In this document: positions 50,545 through 63,597 of the stretch, piece by piece
Layout: each line of letters begins with the position of its first letter
Numbering within the stretch: position 1 is the first letter of the stretch
Source: Oopsacas minuta
Lineage: Eukaryota; Animalia; Porifera
Direction: 5' to 3'
NCBI GenBank assembly: GCA_024704765.1
Contig: JAKMXF010000155.1
Coordinates: 373,810-437,809, forward strand
DNA length: 64,000 nucleotides
The notes under the pieces: generated by a model
What the model saw: only the letters and a program-made list of their open reading frames with translations
Told to the model about the DNA's origin: nothing
Databases searched by the model: none
Made by a program: the position numbers and the translations under genes

Positions 50545-52786
50545 CACAGGCCTACACTTTTGGTTGTATTGATTTTGTCAACTGATATATACTAATTCTG
50601 TGTTGCTGATTCCATTATTTAGTCAGTTTCTCCCTAATACGTCAAGTTATCTCACAATCCTATTACTACATTTGTAGAACAAAATTGGTTTCAACCCTTA
50701 TATGTTAGATTGGATCAATTATATTTCTGAAAATATCAATATTTCATTCACTAAGAATAATGATATAATTGTTACTAATATGAATGGAACAAAGTGATAC
50801 TATAAACATGTAGTATGAAGACTATTCAATCTAAAAATTTTCTCTTGTTTGACTTTCTTGAATGTTGTTCGTTAGAACAATCTCTTTTTAGGCACCAACA
50901 GTAATCTGACATCATATGTGTGTCCCATCTTCCTTGATATCGCTGTTCCATCACTTTTATGTCTTGATGGAATCGTCCACCTTGTCCTTCACTCATATCA
51001 CCTAGATTATCCAGAAATCTATCAAGATGGTCTCTCAAATAATGAATTTTAATACTCATATTACAGCCCAGAGCATGATAGCTGTCGACTAACTCTGTGA
51101 CTAGTTCTTTGTAGTTGGATGCCTTTTTATTACCAAGGAAATTAGAAACGACATTAGAGAAAGCCTGCCAGGCTCTCTTCTCATCCTCGTTCATTGAATC
51201 TTTGAAGCTATTGTCCCTAAGTAAATTGCGAATCTGTGGATCTTCAAATATCCCTGCCTTTTTCTTCTCTTCACTGATTTCTGGAAAATAATTTCGGATA
51301 TACTTGAAACAATATCTGTCTTTATCCAGTGCTTTGATGAATTGCTCCATTAAACCAAGCTTAATGTGGAGAGGAGGTAGAATTATTTTATTTGTATGTA
51401 CCAGAGGGTTATTAATTACATTTTTGTCCCCAACCTTCAAACATTCTCTCGGAGGCCACTTTTCCCTATCCAATGCTGGTTCCTATCTCTACTGTCCCAA
51501 TAACAAAGAAAACAGGGGTACTTAGTGAACCCAGATTGTTGTCCTAATAGAAAGTTGACCATTTTAGATCAACACAGATTACCCAATCATGTGCAGGGTA
51601 GTTAATAATCTCTAACATCTCTTTCACATTATTGTAATCCTCTTTGAGTTTAACTGAATATCCTATAGGAATTGAACCGAATAAATTTCCATTATAGAGT
51701 AGTACACATTTCAGACTCCTTTTAGAGCTGTCAATAAACAGCCTCTATTCACTTGGATTGTAGTTCGGAACTCCCATTGCCAGTAGAAGTCCCTCAACAT
51801 TGGGACAAAACACCAAACCATTCTTTTCACAGAAATACAGTTGAAATTCTTACTGCCTGTAACGATATAATGTTACTTTTGTTCCTTAATAGAGTGGATT
51901 CTTTTCTTTCAATCTAGATGCAAGCAACTTAGAAGATGCTTTCGAGAGGTCAAGGTCACGAATTAAATCATTCAATTCCGCTTGGTTAAAGATAAAAGGC
52001 TTGAGGAAGGATCTTGAAAATCAACATAATATCCACAGTCATGATCATTGACTTCTTCCGAATTGGCACTATCTTCATCATCATAGAGTCCGAGAAACTC
52101 TGTTAATATTGGTATAGGTAGATCACTACAATGAGGGACTGGCCGAATAGCAGATTCTAAATTGGGTAGTTCAGCAGGTGTCTGTCACTCTTTTTGCAGC
52201 CCATAACATTTACCATGCAGAAATAACAATCATCGAAATTTTTTTTTGATTCTATCCAATCATAGGAATTCCAAAAGGGACGTGTTTCTCTTTACCCTTA
52301 CTCCAAGACCTTAATAATTCTACACAAGATTTACAGACCTTATGAGGTGCCCAACTTTTGTCCTGGTCACCCAGCTTAACTTTGAAATACGCATGGTAAG
52401 CTCTATTCACAAATTCAGTAATATTCTGCATCTGAGGTTTCGGAGTATAGAAACCACAAATATAACAAAAAATGTCTGGAGATTGAAACACTTTCTTTTC
52501 GACATATCAGCAAAAAAGAATAACAAACTAGTTAAAAACTGGTAAGCAAATAAGACTATTTGAATATATATACTATGTACATAATGTTATTGTTGTAATA
52601 TGTAATCATGATGAATTTTTGGCAAAAAATCGAAATTTTTCTGAAAATGTAGCTATAGGTTGTGAAAAACCTGACGTGATAAGAAAAAACTGCATAGATA
52701 TTCAGAATCAGCGCACCTAAATTAGTCTAAATCAGTGATCAAAATATATAAACAACTGTAATATAACATTTTTATGTAGGCCTGTG
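50545..52786 (-). mobile_element. Chapaev3 transposon (third copy, distinct family), frameshifted
   Basis: Perfect 12-bp TIR CACAGGCCTACA. TTA at 52787-52789; the left TTA is recovered after removing the adjacent maT. FCYICG, GDQDKSWAPHKVC, LHIKLGLM, QGGRFHQD. Confidence 0.9.
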
Positions 52787-53715
52787 TTATTATTGTGAAT
52801 TGACCTGCAATTGACAAGCTACAGTTTTGATTTATGGACAGCCCGCTGTCTGATCCAAACTTATAAGTGGACATTTTCTTTTTCAATTATATCTAGCACT
52901 TCAAGCTTCTATTCTTATATGCCAGTATTGATATGAAATGCAACAACCATGTTATATACGTGAATAATCTATGTCTGTGTGTTCAAGGTTTTGCATGCAT
53001 ATGTGTACATTACTAATGTTTACGAAATACATGCAGAACATTATACAATCAGTTAAAAATGGTTAAAGATTGCTGACTTCCTTATCATCAACCATAAAAA
53101 TACATGAAAAATCTAACTTTCGGTGATCCCCTAGAAAGACTTTGTGACCCTAGTATAATACCAATACTATTACTATTAGTAAACTGCAAAGCTACTAGTA
53201 TAGAAATGCACATCTCTAAAATGAATGTTCTAATATGCCGGTCGGAAACGCTGACCTGAGAACAGGTAAATAGATTTTGACTTGAGATTTTACATAAGAT
53301 CGGGATGGGCAGATAGATGTGCAACTAGGAGAAGGTTTTGGATTCATGCAAAATCACAGTGCTAGACACAATCGTTTCACTATTCTGTCTATATTGGCGT
53401 GAAAATAAAAAGTAGAAACATTCAATGAACACTGAACATAGGTTATGTGTCTACTAATTGGTATTAATATATCATATTGGTCAGACAAATACCAGACAGG
53501 CAAATGCTGGATAGAGGTCGTTGGCCACGTCATCATCATCACCATTGAAAATTTTCAAGAGTTCATATAACGAGTTTGAGATAAGATAGAAGTCAACAAG
53601 TGACTGATGAAAATGTTCAAGTTAGACCATCCACAAGGTGATAGTGTTTTCACACCTTGGTGACACTGACTCAGCATTTCTTTGTTTTGGTAATTTTTCG
53701 GATTGTATTTACAGT

Positions 53716-56700
53716 CATAGCCTACTAAATATAAGACCATTTCACTACTTTGGACCAGGGATAAGATCCAGTCGACTTTTTCTAGACTTCACCATATTTA
53801 TATCATTATAAATTACTTATTATTATTCATATTTAAGTATTATTATCATAAATATAGCAGTATGGGTATTTAATTGCTACCCAGTACAAACACATGTATA
53901 AAATATGACACTATTAAATGCAATGGTGGATACAATTAAATTATTTAGAAAGAAAATTTGAGACATTTCCTTTGATTATATTTGGAATAGGTAGTGGGAA
54001 TATTTAGATTCTCGGCCTTATTGTTGAGTAAATAATTGGCTACTGTTATCAAAAGTTAATGAAACAAGCCTTTTCCTTCTGTACAGCAATCGAAACGCAT
54101 AATCCAAGTCTTCAAACTCCTCACTATCAAGTTTAAGAAGAGTTAGTTGCACTAAAATTGATCTTGAATCCGATCGTAGAAAATCATTGAGTGCTGGCAA
54201 ACGTTCAAGATTTGTAAACATTTTCCAGATTGTAAGGGAGAATTAGGAACTTGTTTAGATGGTCATTTAAGTCGGCCTAGATCTAGGAGTTGAATAGGCG
54301 AATAATTATAATCTAGATCCTCTATTGCTATAGACTCATCCTCAGTTAGTAGAGAGTAATATTCTGGGCACAATTCAGAAGTTTTAGTTAATTTCCTTAT
54401 CAAAGAAAAGCTACATACCCTCCGATGAAAGCTAGAGCTTGTCTTGTATCAGAATTCGGGGGTAAATCTTCAAAAGAGAGAACACATGTAGAGTGATTAA
54501 CATCCATCTTATCCCATAACTAGTTGTACAACCAAGATCAATATTGTTTTCCTGGATTAGAAATGTACTGATAAATTCCATAAAGGAGGCTCTATCTTTT
54601 GGGTAATAATCTTTCCTATGATATAACTTGAGAATATTAGACAGTTTCGTACCCTTTGACTTTCTAGTATTTGACATACAGAAACCTTTTAGTTGATCCT
54701 GACACCTGTCTATATAATCCAAAATGGTATTCAATTCGATCAGATGTATAAAAGATGACAATACATAAGAGAATCCGCATTCTCCAGGCAAATATTCTAC
54801 AAGTTTTGGTAGAGCAATGCTTGGATGGCGAAATCTAGCAAAAGTCTGAGCTATTAGTCTTCTTCGTGTAAATGGTAAACTTTTCCAGTACTCTAGCCAA
54901 CCAACTATTATAGATGTACAATTCAACCTGGGATCATCCTGCACAAGGGTAGAGAATCTCGATCATTGAGCGAATGCCCTTCCTAGGAGTGTTGACATTG
55001 AAAAGCTTCAAGACTTGACAAATCAAAGTTATAAAGTCACCAGTCTGATTGCTTTGAATATAATATTTCGATTGATGCAAGGTCAAGGCAGCTACATTAG
55101 TGTAATTAAATATCCGAAGTGCAAGCTCAACGCTCCGTTTATCTAGCACAGATGGCCAGCATGATTTGTAATTTAACTTTGGTGCTAGTTTTGCAACAGA
55201 AATTGGTCTAATTTGAATAGTAACCTCAAATGGTAAATTAGAAGGAATGGAATAGAAATTGTAGATGAAGTATCATAATAATTAAAAAAAATACCTGAAA
55301 AGCTGCTCTTGACAATTGTAGTGGGTGAGTAGAATTGGAAATATCTTCAAAGTTGGGATAAAAGAATGTACAGTTATCATCTTTTTGAATGACCCAAATA
55401 TTCCTATAGACTTGATAATGTGTACTAAATCCAAAACTAGATATAGAGAGCGTCCACTACCATTGGGATGAGGGACACAGGGTAGAAGATCTGTATTATT
55501 CCAAAATAACTTGAGAAGGATTCACATTCAAAGGATAGTTATCTAAGACAACGCATCTACACTTAATCCACACTTTTCGATATCACAAATTATTCGCTGA
55601 GTGATTGGAAGTAATTCTGTTGCTTTAGGATTAGTTAGTGCGAACAAACACACAACACTAGACAATTTCCTTTACAAGCTGGTAACCAGAAAGCGTAAAT
55701 AGGTTTGGTTGCTTCTATCTCATCTGCTTTTGAACATTCAGAAGTACCAATAAACTTTCCTCCTTAAAACACAAAATATATAGAATTACTTCATGAATTG
55801 AAATAGAACTACAACGAACCTTTATAACTAATGCAAGATTTCACATGGACCTCAACAATATTATGGCAAGCATGACGTTCACACTTATAGAATCGGTTGT
55901 TTCTGCTCTGAGATAAGTAAAGAAATCCGTATCAAGCCCAAAATTAGAATATAACCGAAATAATGATGATTAGTGAGGCAGAGAACACAATCCACATTAC
56001 GAAGTTGTCTGTAACAAGCAGAAGATGATGTATGACATTTTAATGATGATATCATTGGTACCATATTATACTGGCGACGTGTTTTCTTTATTGTAGAGTT
56101 TTCTAGCTAGCCCAGAATAAAATAGAGCAGGGATAATAGGTTGGGGAACTTGTAATGTAGCTAGAACCACAAGACAACCTGTGATAGTACTCTCATGAAT
56201 TTCGAATTTATATATTATGAATCCTACCTGACTGATCGAATACTTGTTCCAACAAGTATATAGCTTGTCTCATGGAATAAATGCAATGTGAAGGCTCTAA
56301 ATAGATAGTAAAAAGTTGGGTAATGTTCGAAACAATGTTCATAAACTGTACAATGTTTAGGAAATATGTCTTACCAATATCAACTGCATTATACTTAGTG
56401 TAATTAGACAATTCATCAATCAATGTAGAGATCTGACGCATATCACAAATAGATTTGATTGATAGATTCACTAATATTCCATGACGGTAGCATCTCACTT
56501 GAAGAAATTTGTCAATAGTAAAGTATCTTGTACAGAAACAACTACACTATTTGTTGTTAGATGGACGATAATAATTACGTCGCCCATTTTCCAAACAATC
56601 CATTCTTCGGGGATCTTTATGTTATATGATCAGTGTTTATGTCATCTAAATTAGAGACAGTGCATTTCTCTGGTCATCTTCCAATACATCAACGCTCTGT

Positions 56701-57483
56701 TTAATATCTTATATAGTACCATACCATAAAACATGTAAGAATACAAGTTAAATATTTGACACAACTTGACATACTTGGATCTGTAAATCCTCTTGGTCTC
56801 TATCAAGACTTGGATGTTTAATAGTATGATCATTAAGATGATCAGGGCAACAAGGAAGATATTTAGGTATTGCACCTTTCTTCAGAGTAGCCTTTATTGA
56901 TTGTGTCTTCATTTGACCATCAATGTCAAGATAAGTTTGCTTGTCAACTATATCATCAGAATCAAAGTACTTAGCGTAAACAAAAATGTTTTTCATCGTA
57001 TGAAGATCTATTATATAATATTACATTTACGTAATGATAAATTAAGCCTAAATCGTAAAATATCATTCAATTTATATCCAAGCTCTAAAGAAATACTTAC
57101 CATCTCTATGCAGAAATCGTTTCCACTTATGGACGATATCTTGCGGCCCAGAAGGAATGTGAAACACTGCAACACCACTATGATCATTGTGGTATCCAGT
57201 AGTAGATCTGGGAGCAGAAAACAAGTTAGGCATGTGCCAAAGAAATGAATAAACAATGAGCTAATATTATAAAGCAAAGATTGTTCAAATGATTAGAAAT
57301 TGAATTCAGAATAACATAAATTCACAATACAAATCTCACGACGTTATTGATAAACCTGACAACTATATCAGTTTTATTCAAAATATCTATTTACATTATG
57401 AGTGCATAAGAAAATCTTGTTCATCTTATCCCTGGTCCAAGCGCATTTAGCTCAGTGAAATGGCATATGTTTAGTAGGCTATG
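53716..57483 (-). mobile_element. P element (THAP9-like), full extent, transposase degraded
   Basis: Ends CATAGCCTACTAAA...CATTTCACT...TTGGACCAGGGATAAGAT in inverted orientation. Weak 7-bp TSD TTACAGT / GTTCAGT (5/7). THAP-like LKKGAIP (ORF 56748-56996), GGKFIG, VELALRIFN, FNVNTPRKG, GFSYVLSSFI. Confidence 0.85.
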
Positions 57484-58036
57484 GTTCAGTATATTCTCGA
57501 TATGGGTACCGTAGGTGTCAGGTCATATCTTCTAAAGCATAATTCATTCTCAAACAAATTTCACCATGGATTTTGAATATATTTGGGCATAATTTTGGCT
57601 GAGGTATAATTGACTATATACATATTCACAGTCGAATAAGTTCCGAATGAATACGGAGAGAAATACACTCATCACGGGTCGAATTTTCAATGTAGATGAA
57701 CCTTCAGAATGGAAATATTGGTGATTATGATGATGCAGCAATGTCAAATACCATTAAAATTTGAATACGAGAACTACAATTAGTTGCAGTCCCTTGAATT
57801 CATATGCCTCAGGCAAGACCTGTGATGAGACCTCAAATCCTGGGAAAATCTGGCGCAAAATATTATCATACAATGGGCAATGGTTGTTTGGGGATCTGAC
57901 AGAGTAGGGCCCGGACAAGGACCAGGATTTTCAAATCTGGTGCAAATTCCCCGTCTGCCCCCCGCTCCTGCGACCGCCCACACTACAATGGCACCAGTTG
58001 CAATTTAGTTTATCCCAACATCAACCTGGCAATATA

Positions 58037-59315
58037 CGAGGACACTCGGAAATTTTTAGCCACTCTTTCAATTCATAGCTATTAACTCTTTCGACTGTTT
58101 TCATATCTTCTATTGATTATATGTTACTAAACGAAATTTCAAGTCAATAAGATAATCTATTGTAGATATCCTTCGCTTCAAGTGTTTAGTGTTTACAATT
58201 TTTGAGAATATGACTATGGATCTAAATCGAGAACATTTCCGCGCGATGATATTTTACGATTTTAAGATTGGGTTAACTAATCGTGAATGTCATGAGAGTT
58301 TGACTAAGGTATTTTCATCATCTTCTCCATCATTTTCAACTGATACCAACTGGCATTGTGAATTTTCACAAAAACGGGAACACATGAAAATGCCCCGAGA
58401 ACTGGTAGACTCCAAACTGCGACACAATTGATAATATAGAGATGGTAAAAAGCTTAGGGGTTGAAGATCGACGGACCATGTATAATATGATCCAGAGCAC
58501 GCTAGTAGCAAGATATTATTGAAGATCTTGGTCTGTATAAACTGAGCAGTCGGTGGATCCCACATCATTTGACTGATTATCAAAAGCAAGCGAGGATTGA
58601 TTTGTGTAAATCTATGCTAGTTCAATTCGCTATGGGGAAGTCTAGTAGACATTCTCAGATAGTTACAGGCAATGAGACTTGGATATACTCTTATGAGCCT
58701 GACAAAAAGACACAATCTCAGGTTTGGGTGTTTCCTGACTAAGATGCCCGAACAAATTTGGTGCGTGCAAGTGCAACTGGGAAACAAATGGTTATCACTT
58801 GTGTTGGTGAAAGAGGTAATGTAACAACTGTACTGTTGACAGAATAAAGGACAGTAACTGCTAGATGGTATTGTACAGTTTTCCCACCACAAGTCTTTAA
58901 TAACCTCTGTGAACACCATCCGAAGTGAAGACTTAGAGGGCTATTTTTGCATCACGATAATGCCAGCTCTTACACAGCCGGTTCAACCCGAGACTTCTTT
59001 GCCCACAAACCCATTCAAATGCTTGGCCATCCGACATATTCTCCTGAACTTGAACCCTGTGACTTCTTTTTATTTGGAAAGGTCAAATATCTTATGAGTG
59101 GTTCCTGCTTTTCATCTCCTAGTGGAGCTATCGGCGTCTATAAAGAACACCTTGATACCCTAACGAAATCTCAGTGGTGTAACATGCTAGAAAATGGTTT
59201 GAAAGGATGAAAAAGTGCATAGAAGCTAGAGGTGAATACGTTGAGTAGATATAAAAATTTGGGTACAATATCTTGTATACTTTTATGTGGCTAAAAGTTT
59301 TTCGAGTGCCCCTCG
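58037..59315 (+). mobile_element. mariner (DD34D) element, frameshifted
   Basis: TIRs CGAGGACACTCGGAAATTTTTAGCCAC / CGAGGGGCACTCGAAAAACTTTTAGCCAC (rc), TA flanks. WIPH, VTGNETWIY, HHDNA...HPTYSPELEPCDFFLF. Confidence 0.9.
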
Positions 59316-60952
59316 TATATGGGTGTCAGTCAGCTAGTGCCAAATTGTAAATTTTGGATTGGAGTAAGCACACTCACATACGGTCTGTGGGGGGTATTTT
59401 ATGTGGAACGAGTGACACATCACAGCTTATTCGTTAAAGCTTAATCATGGCTACATTATCTTCCTAATACCAGTAGCGTAACTAAGGCTTGAGGGCCCTG
59501 CTTCAAAGTTATGGGCGAGGCCCCTTCAGTGCAAACCCAATTTCAGAAGCCACCTTCTCACTTTCAAGAATGGTTTTCAGACGCATGGATCCATACACCT
59601 ATTACAAAGCAAATAAGCCAATAATGGTATACATATACGACTATTATTTTAGTTTTAGACGGAAACAAAACTTAATATAGGAACGTTTTGTGAAGATATC
59701 TATTCTTGTTCAGAGGCGTAATCAGGATCATCGTGAGGTGGGCCCTCTGGAGCAAGTGAAGCGAGCGACGGTAAGGGGGGTCTGGGGTGCAAGTCCCAGA
59801 AATCTTTTGAATCTTAGTGGGAAGAGTGTAATATTGTGCAGTTGTACCAAAGTTGTTTACATGTTTATGTTTAGATAACATAATACTTTTATTAGATATT
59901 TATATTTAAGTATGATGGATATTGTTCGACTTTCCAAAATCGGAAATAGTTCGACTGTCTGAAATAGGAAATAGCTCGACTTTGATATAGGAAATAGTTC
60001 GACTTTACATACATAGGAAATAGTTCAGCTCTTCGAAAGTAAGAGCTAATTTTAAGATGTTTAGCTATGTCATATTTTCCTTTCCCATGATCATATTTGC
60101 TCTTATTCAACTGATTATCCGATTATTTGATACAGAACCCCTAAAGACCACATTTCCTCTGCTCCGCTAATTTCAGCTTTCTAACTCTCTTGCTTTTATT
60201 CTTAGCAAATCGTGCTTTTAACATGAACTTGAATCAAGAATCATATACAAACCTGATCGTTGTAAGTTATTCAAAGAATTTTTCACTAGGCAATACGATC
60301 TTGACAGGGCAGAACAAACCAGTGGTTTCAATATTTAGAAAACAAAAATAATCTACTATACAAATTAGATAGACTGTCAACAAAATTTTGTGAAATGACT
60401 ATGTATCAACTAAACTGTATAGACAAAAGTACATATTATTGTAGTTAGATGGAATTCGGAATGGTTTGATTGGGCAACTAATTAGTTGACTAAAATTATA
60501 AAAGGTTGGATAGATAAATAGTAATGAGTTTGCTATAAGTAAATATCGATTCTAAACCATAAGGCACTGTGACTTCATTTGGAATTGAGATTAAGAGAAG
60601 ATAACCTTCATAATTTCGCTAACACCTTGGCGGCAAACCGGGCAATGTTGCTCAGCATCTTTTATCTTTGTAGCAGAATCAAAACATGTGATGTGTCCAC
60701 AGGGTATGAATGTAGTATCAACAGTTTTAACTGGATCCATAAAAACGGGGCACATTGGTCTATCATGAATAGCAACAGCCTCTGGTTCTGAGCCTTCTGA
60801 GTAGACCTCTTCGTCTTCATTGATACTTCCATCTTCAAAACACTCATCGATTTATTTGGTCACGCTGTGAATGAAACCAATTGGCGTAAGTAACCCATCA
60901 GACAATTTTTGCAGTTGTATTCTATTCCTTTTTCCATTTTCTATACTATTCT

Positions 60953-61736
60953 CATAGGCGTAGGCAGGGGGGGCATTTGCCCCCCCTAGCTGAGCTCGAT
61001 AAATTAGGGAAAGAATAGAAAGTGACGAAATTAATTTTGTTAACGAAGTACAGTCACTCCGTTTAATTGGGACACATCTGTTCCAGGCCATTTGCCACGA
61101 TTAAACGAAAATTTTGTCCATTCACCTATACTTTGCTAGGATTTGCTCAGATTAAGCGGACTTTCTTTTTCATTGAGTCAATAATTTTAAGTCGATCACC
61201 AGAGTTTGTCCCGATTAATCGAAAGTATTTAGTATTAACGTCAATGAAAATGATTCCGTTACTGGAGATTTGTCCCAATTAAGCGGATTTCCCGATTAAC
61301 CGGTGTCCCAATTAAGTGGAGTTGACTGTACTTAAAGAATTCTCTTGCAAAAACAGAAAAATATTGTTGTGAATTCTCTTTATGAAGAAAAATAATCGAT
61401 AAATAGTGAGTAGCTCTATTGAATAAAGATAATTAACTAATCAATATCCAATTATGTTACTAGAGATTACACATTCTATATTAATTCAACTTTGTTTTTG
61501 TAAATATTAGGTTTGTTCAAGCGGCGTGACAGAAAACATGCGAAGGCGCACCAATTTGCCAATCAGAGAGAAATTCCAGAGGACAAAGGTTTTGGTGACA
61601 GCACCATATTATGCTAAGTACTAATTATATGGTCAAATTCTTTTCTGGAGGCCAAGCCCCCAGACCCCAAAAATGCTCGCTACGCTGGCAACTATTAAAT
61701 TAGACCCCCCTAGATTCTATTCTGGCTACGCCCTTG
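60953..61736. mobile_element. hAT-type MITE inside the MULE
   Basis: Ends CATAGGCGTAGGCAG / CAAGGGCGTAGCCAG (rc). Perfect 8-bp TSD ACTATTCT (60945-60952, 61737-61744). Confidence 0.85.
61051..61328. mobile_element. 278-bp pogo/Tigger-like MITE
   Basis: TA-flanked. TIRs CAGTCA-CTCCGTTTAATTGGGACAC / CAGTCAACTCCACTTAATTGGGACAC (rc). Internal TCCC(A/G)ATTAA repeats. Confidence 0.85.
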
Positions 61737-63597
61737 ACTATTCTTATTGCGCATCCTTCGAATTTTTAGTCCTCTCTTCAAGCTGTGAATATTCCGGTCC
61801 CAGACAGAGACATTCTTGTTCAAAACATCCAAAGATATTCTTTATCGACCTGTTATATATCTCGAGATCGTTATTTGTTTTGCGACGAAGACCAAAAACA
61901 GATAGTTTTTGGCAACCTACTTGTTTTAACCAATATTTTTTGTAGTATGCCTTTAAATTTTCCAGTTTATGTTTTTCACAAAGTGTTAACGTTTGAACTG
62001 GTTCAGATGCCAGCATTTCACAAGTAGGTGCAATAGATTCAGCTAGGAGTAAGACAAGAGCCATAAGTTTTCTTTCCCAATTGCGAAACTTTCATTTTCT
62101 TTATACACCTTTGTTAAGTCCAAATTAGTTACTTTTCGATATATTGCTTGATTATGGTGAAAATGGGATTAAATGATCTTTTACTTCACACATTATTGTT
62201 AGATGCTGAAAGAACATTTGTGGAACTACAGAAAAGGTAGCATCCAGCTGTAGAAACATTATGCGCCCTTCATCCATAAGGGATCGCATTGTATCTGAGA
62301 CAAAATTATTGATATTTTAGGGTCTGTATCTGAATGATCTGGGCCATACACGACAGACAAAAAATGCTCCCAAAGCTTTCTGTGTCAGAAGCAACGATTT
62401 GAGATGCTTCCATTGGTGTATAGGGTAAAACTGGGGTGATTAGACGCCTTCTTTTTTCATAGAATCAATCATTTGAGGGTAGTTAATCTGATCTGCAACT
62501 GATGAATCATCAACTCCATCATTAAAGACTTGCCTAAGTGATGTACTACTTCTCTCAGCATTTCATTTTAAACCAGACTTCAATTTATAATCTCAAATCC
62601 TTCTATAGAATCACTGCAATCGTCACTGTGTACATTTTGTTGGATATCATGTTAAGATCAATCTCAATCACTGCCCTCCTTTGCAGTTCTCTTTTTAAAT
62701 TGACGACAGCGAAGAAACATTCTACTTGAAGTATCTCTATCCTTTATATACCCTTTCCCATTATGAACCCAAACTTTAGAGCCTCGTCTTTCTCCTTCAA
62801 ATTGTATGAAAGTTGACATTCTCTTTCCTAATAAATCTATGGAAAATAAGGTAGATTGCTTGCTTGAGCGAAAAAATTAAATTAACAGCAAGAGGAAATG
62901 AAACATAGGAAAAAGAATTACGACTAAGGCTTATGGTGCATTTAGGGATCGAAAGTAATCATAAATTGTTCCCAACAAAGTAATGTCGTTAACAAATAAA
63001 TGTCGAATTATCCCCTATATGTCCAAAGTATAGTCGAACTATTTCTAAAATGAATACAAAAATGGTTCGACTCACCAAAATAGGAAATAGTTCGACTAAA
63101 TTCTACCGTCTAACTACTTCCTATTTTTGCAAAGTCGAACAATTTCCGACTTATGCACTTTCATTCGATCAATTTCTTAGATCTGCAATTCGAACCATTT
63201 CCGCATTACTTATATTTATACTATTAGTGAATCATTTTAGTGTGCTAAATTGCTACTCCATTAGTCATCCGGATTCCTTATGATATCGTCTGGAAAACTC
63301 ATTGATAAAATAATTGTTAAAATTGGATGGCATTCTATAAATATAATACCAAAAGCTCTCCGCTTATTAAGGAAAATCGAATTTTAAATAACAATATATC
63401 ACATTTGGAAACCAGTTATGAGGGGGTGTTCGAACACCCAAATCCCCACCTTGGATACGCCCCTGCTTGTTTGGATTTTCTGCTCTCTTTGTATTACCAG
63501 AAACATTTTCTCTTCATTCTTTTTATAGTCTGAAGAGAAATACTGTTATATTAAAGAAATATGAAAAATTATTTCAAAAAACATAATTCTTTTAGGC

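Larger units (their letters stand above)
59917..63147 (-). mobile_element. MULE/foldback-like element with subterminal GGAAATAGTTCGACT arrays, degraded transposase
   Basis: 17-bp TIR GGA(T/A)ATTGTTCGACTTT. Repeat arrays at 59917-60030 and 63000-63147. ORF 61744-62064 has YYKKYWL..LSVFGLRRKTNNDLEIYNR (MULE-like). TSD not convincing. Confidence 0.7.
59711..63465. mobile_element. Possible hAT-type MITE (~520 bp of its own sequence) hosting the MULE insertion
   Basis: Ends CAGAGGCGTAATCAGG / CAGGGGCGTATCCAAGG (rc). Flanked by 6-bp direct repeat CTTGTT (59705-59710, 63466-63471). Confidence 0.45.

Noticed and set aside
59917-60030. CRISPR-like repeat array (GGAAATAGTTCGACT)
   Set aside because: Repeats are 15 bp with short irregular spacers, are mirrored at 63000-63147 as transposon subterminal repeats, and have no cas genes nearby in a eukaryotic context.
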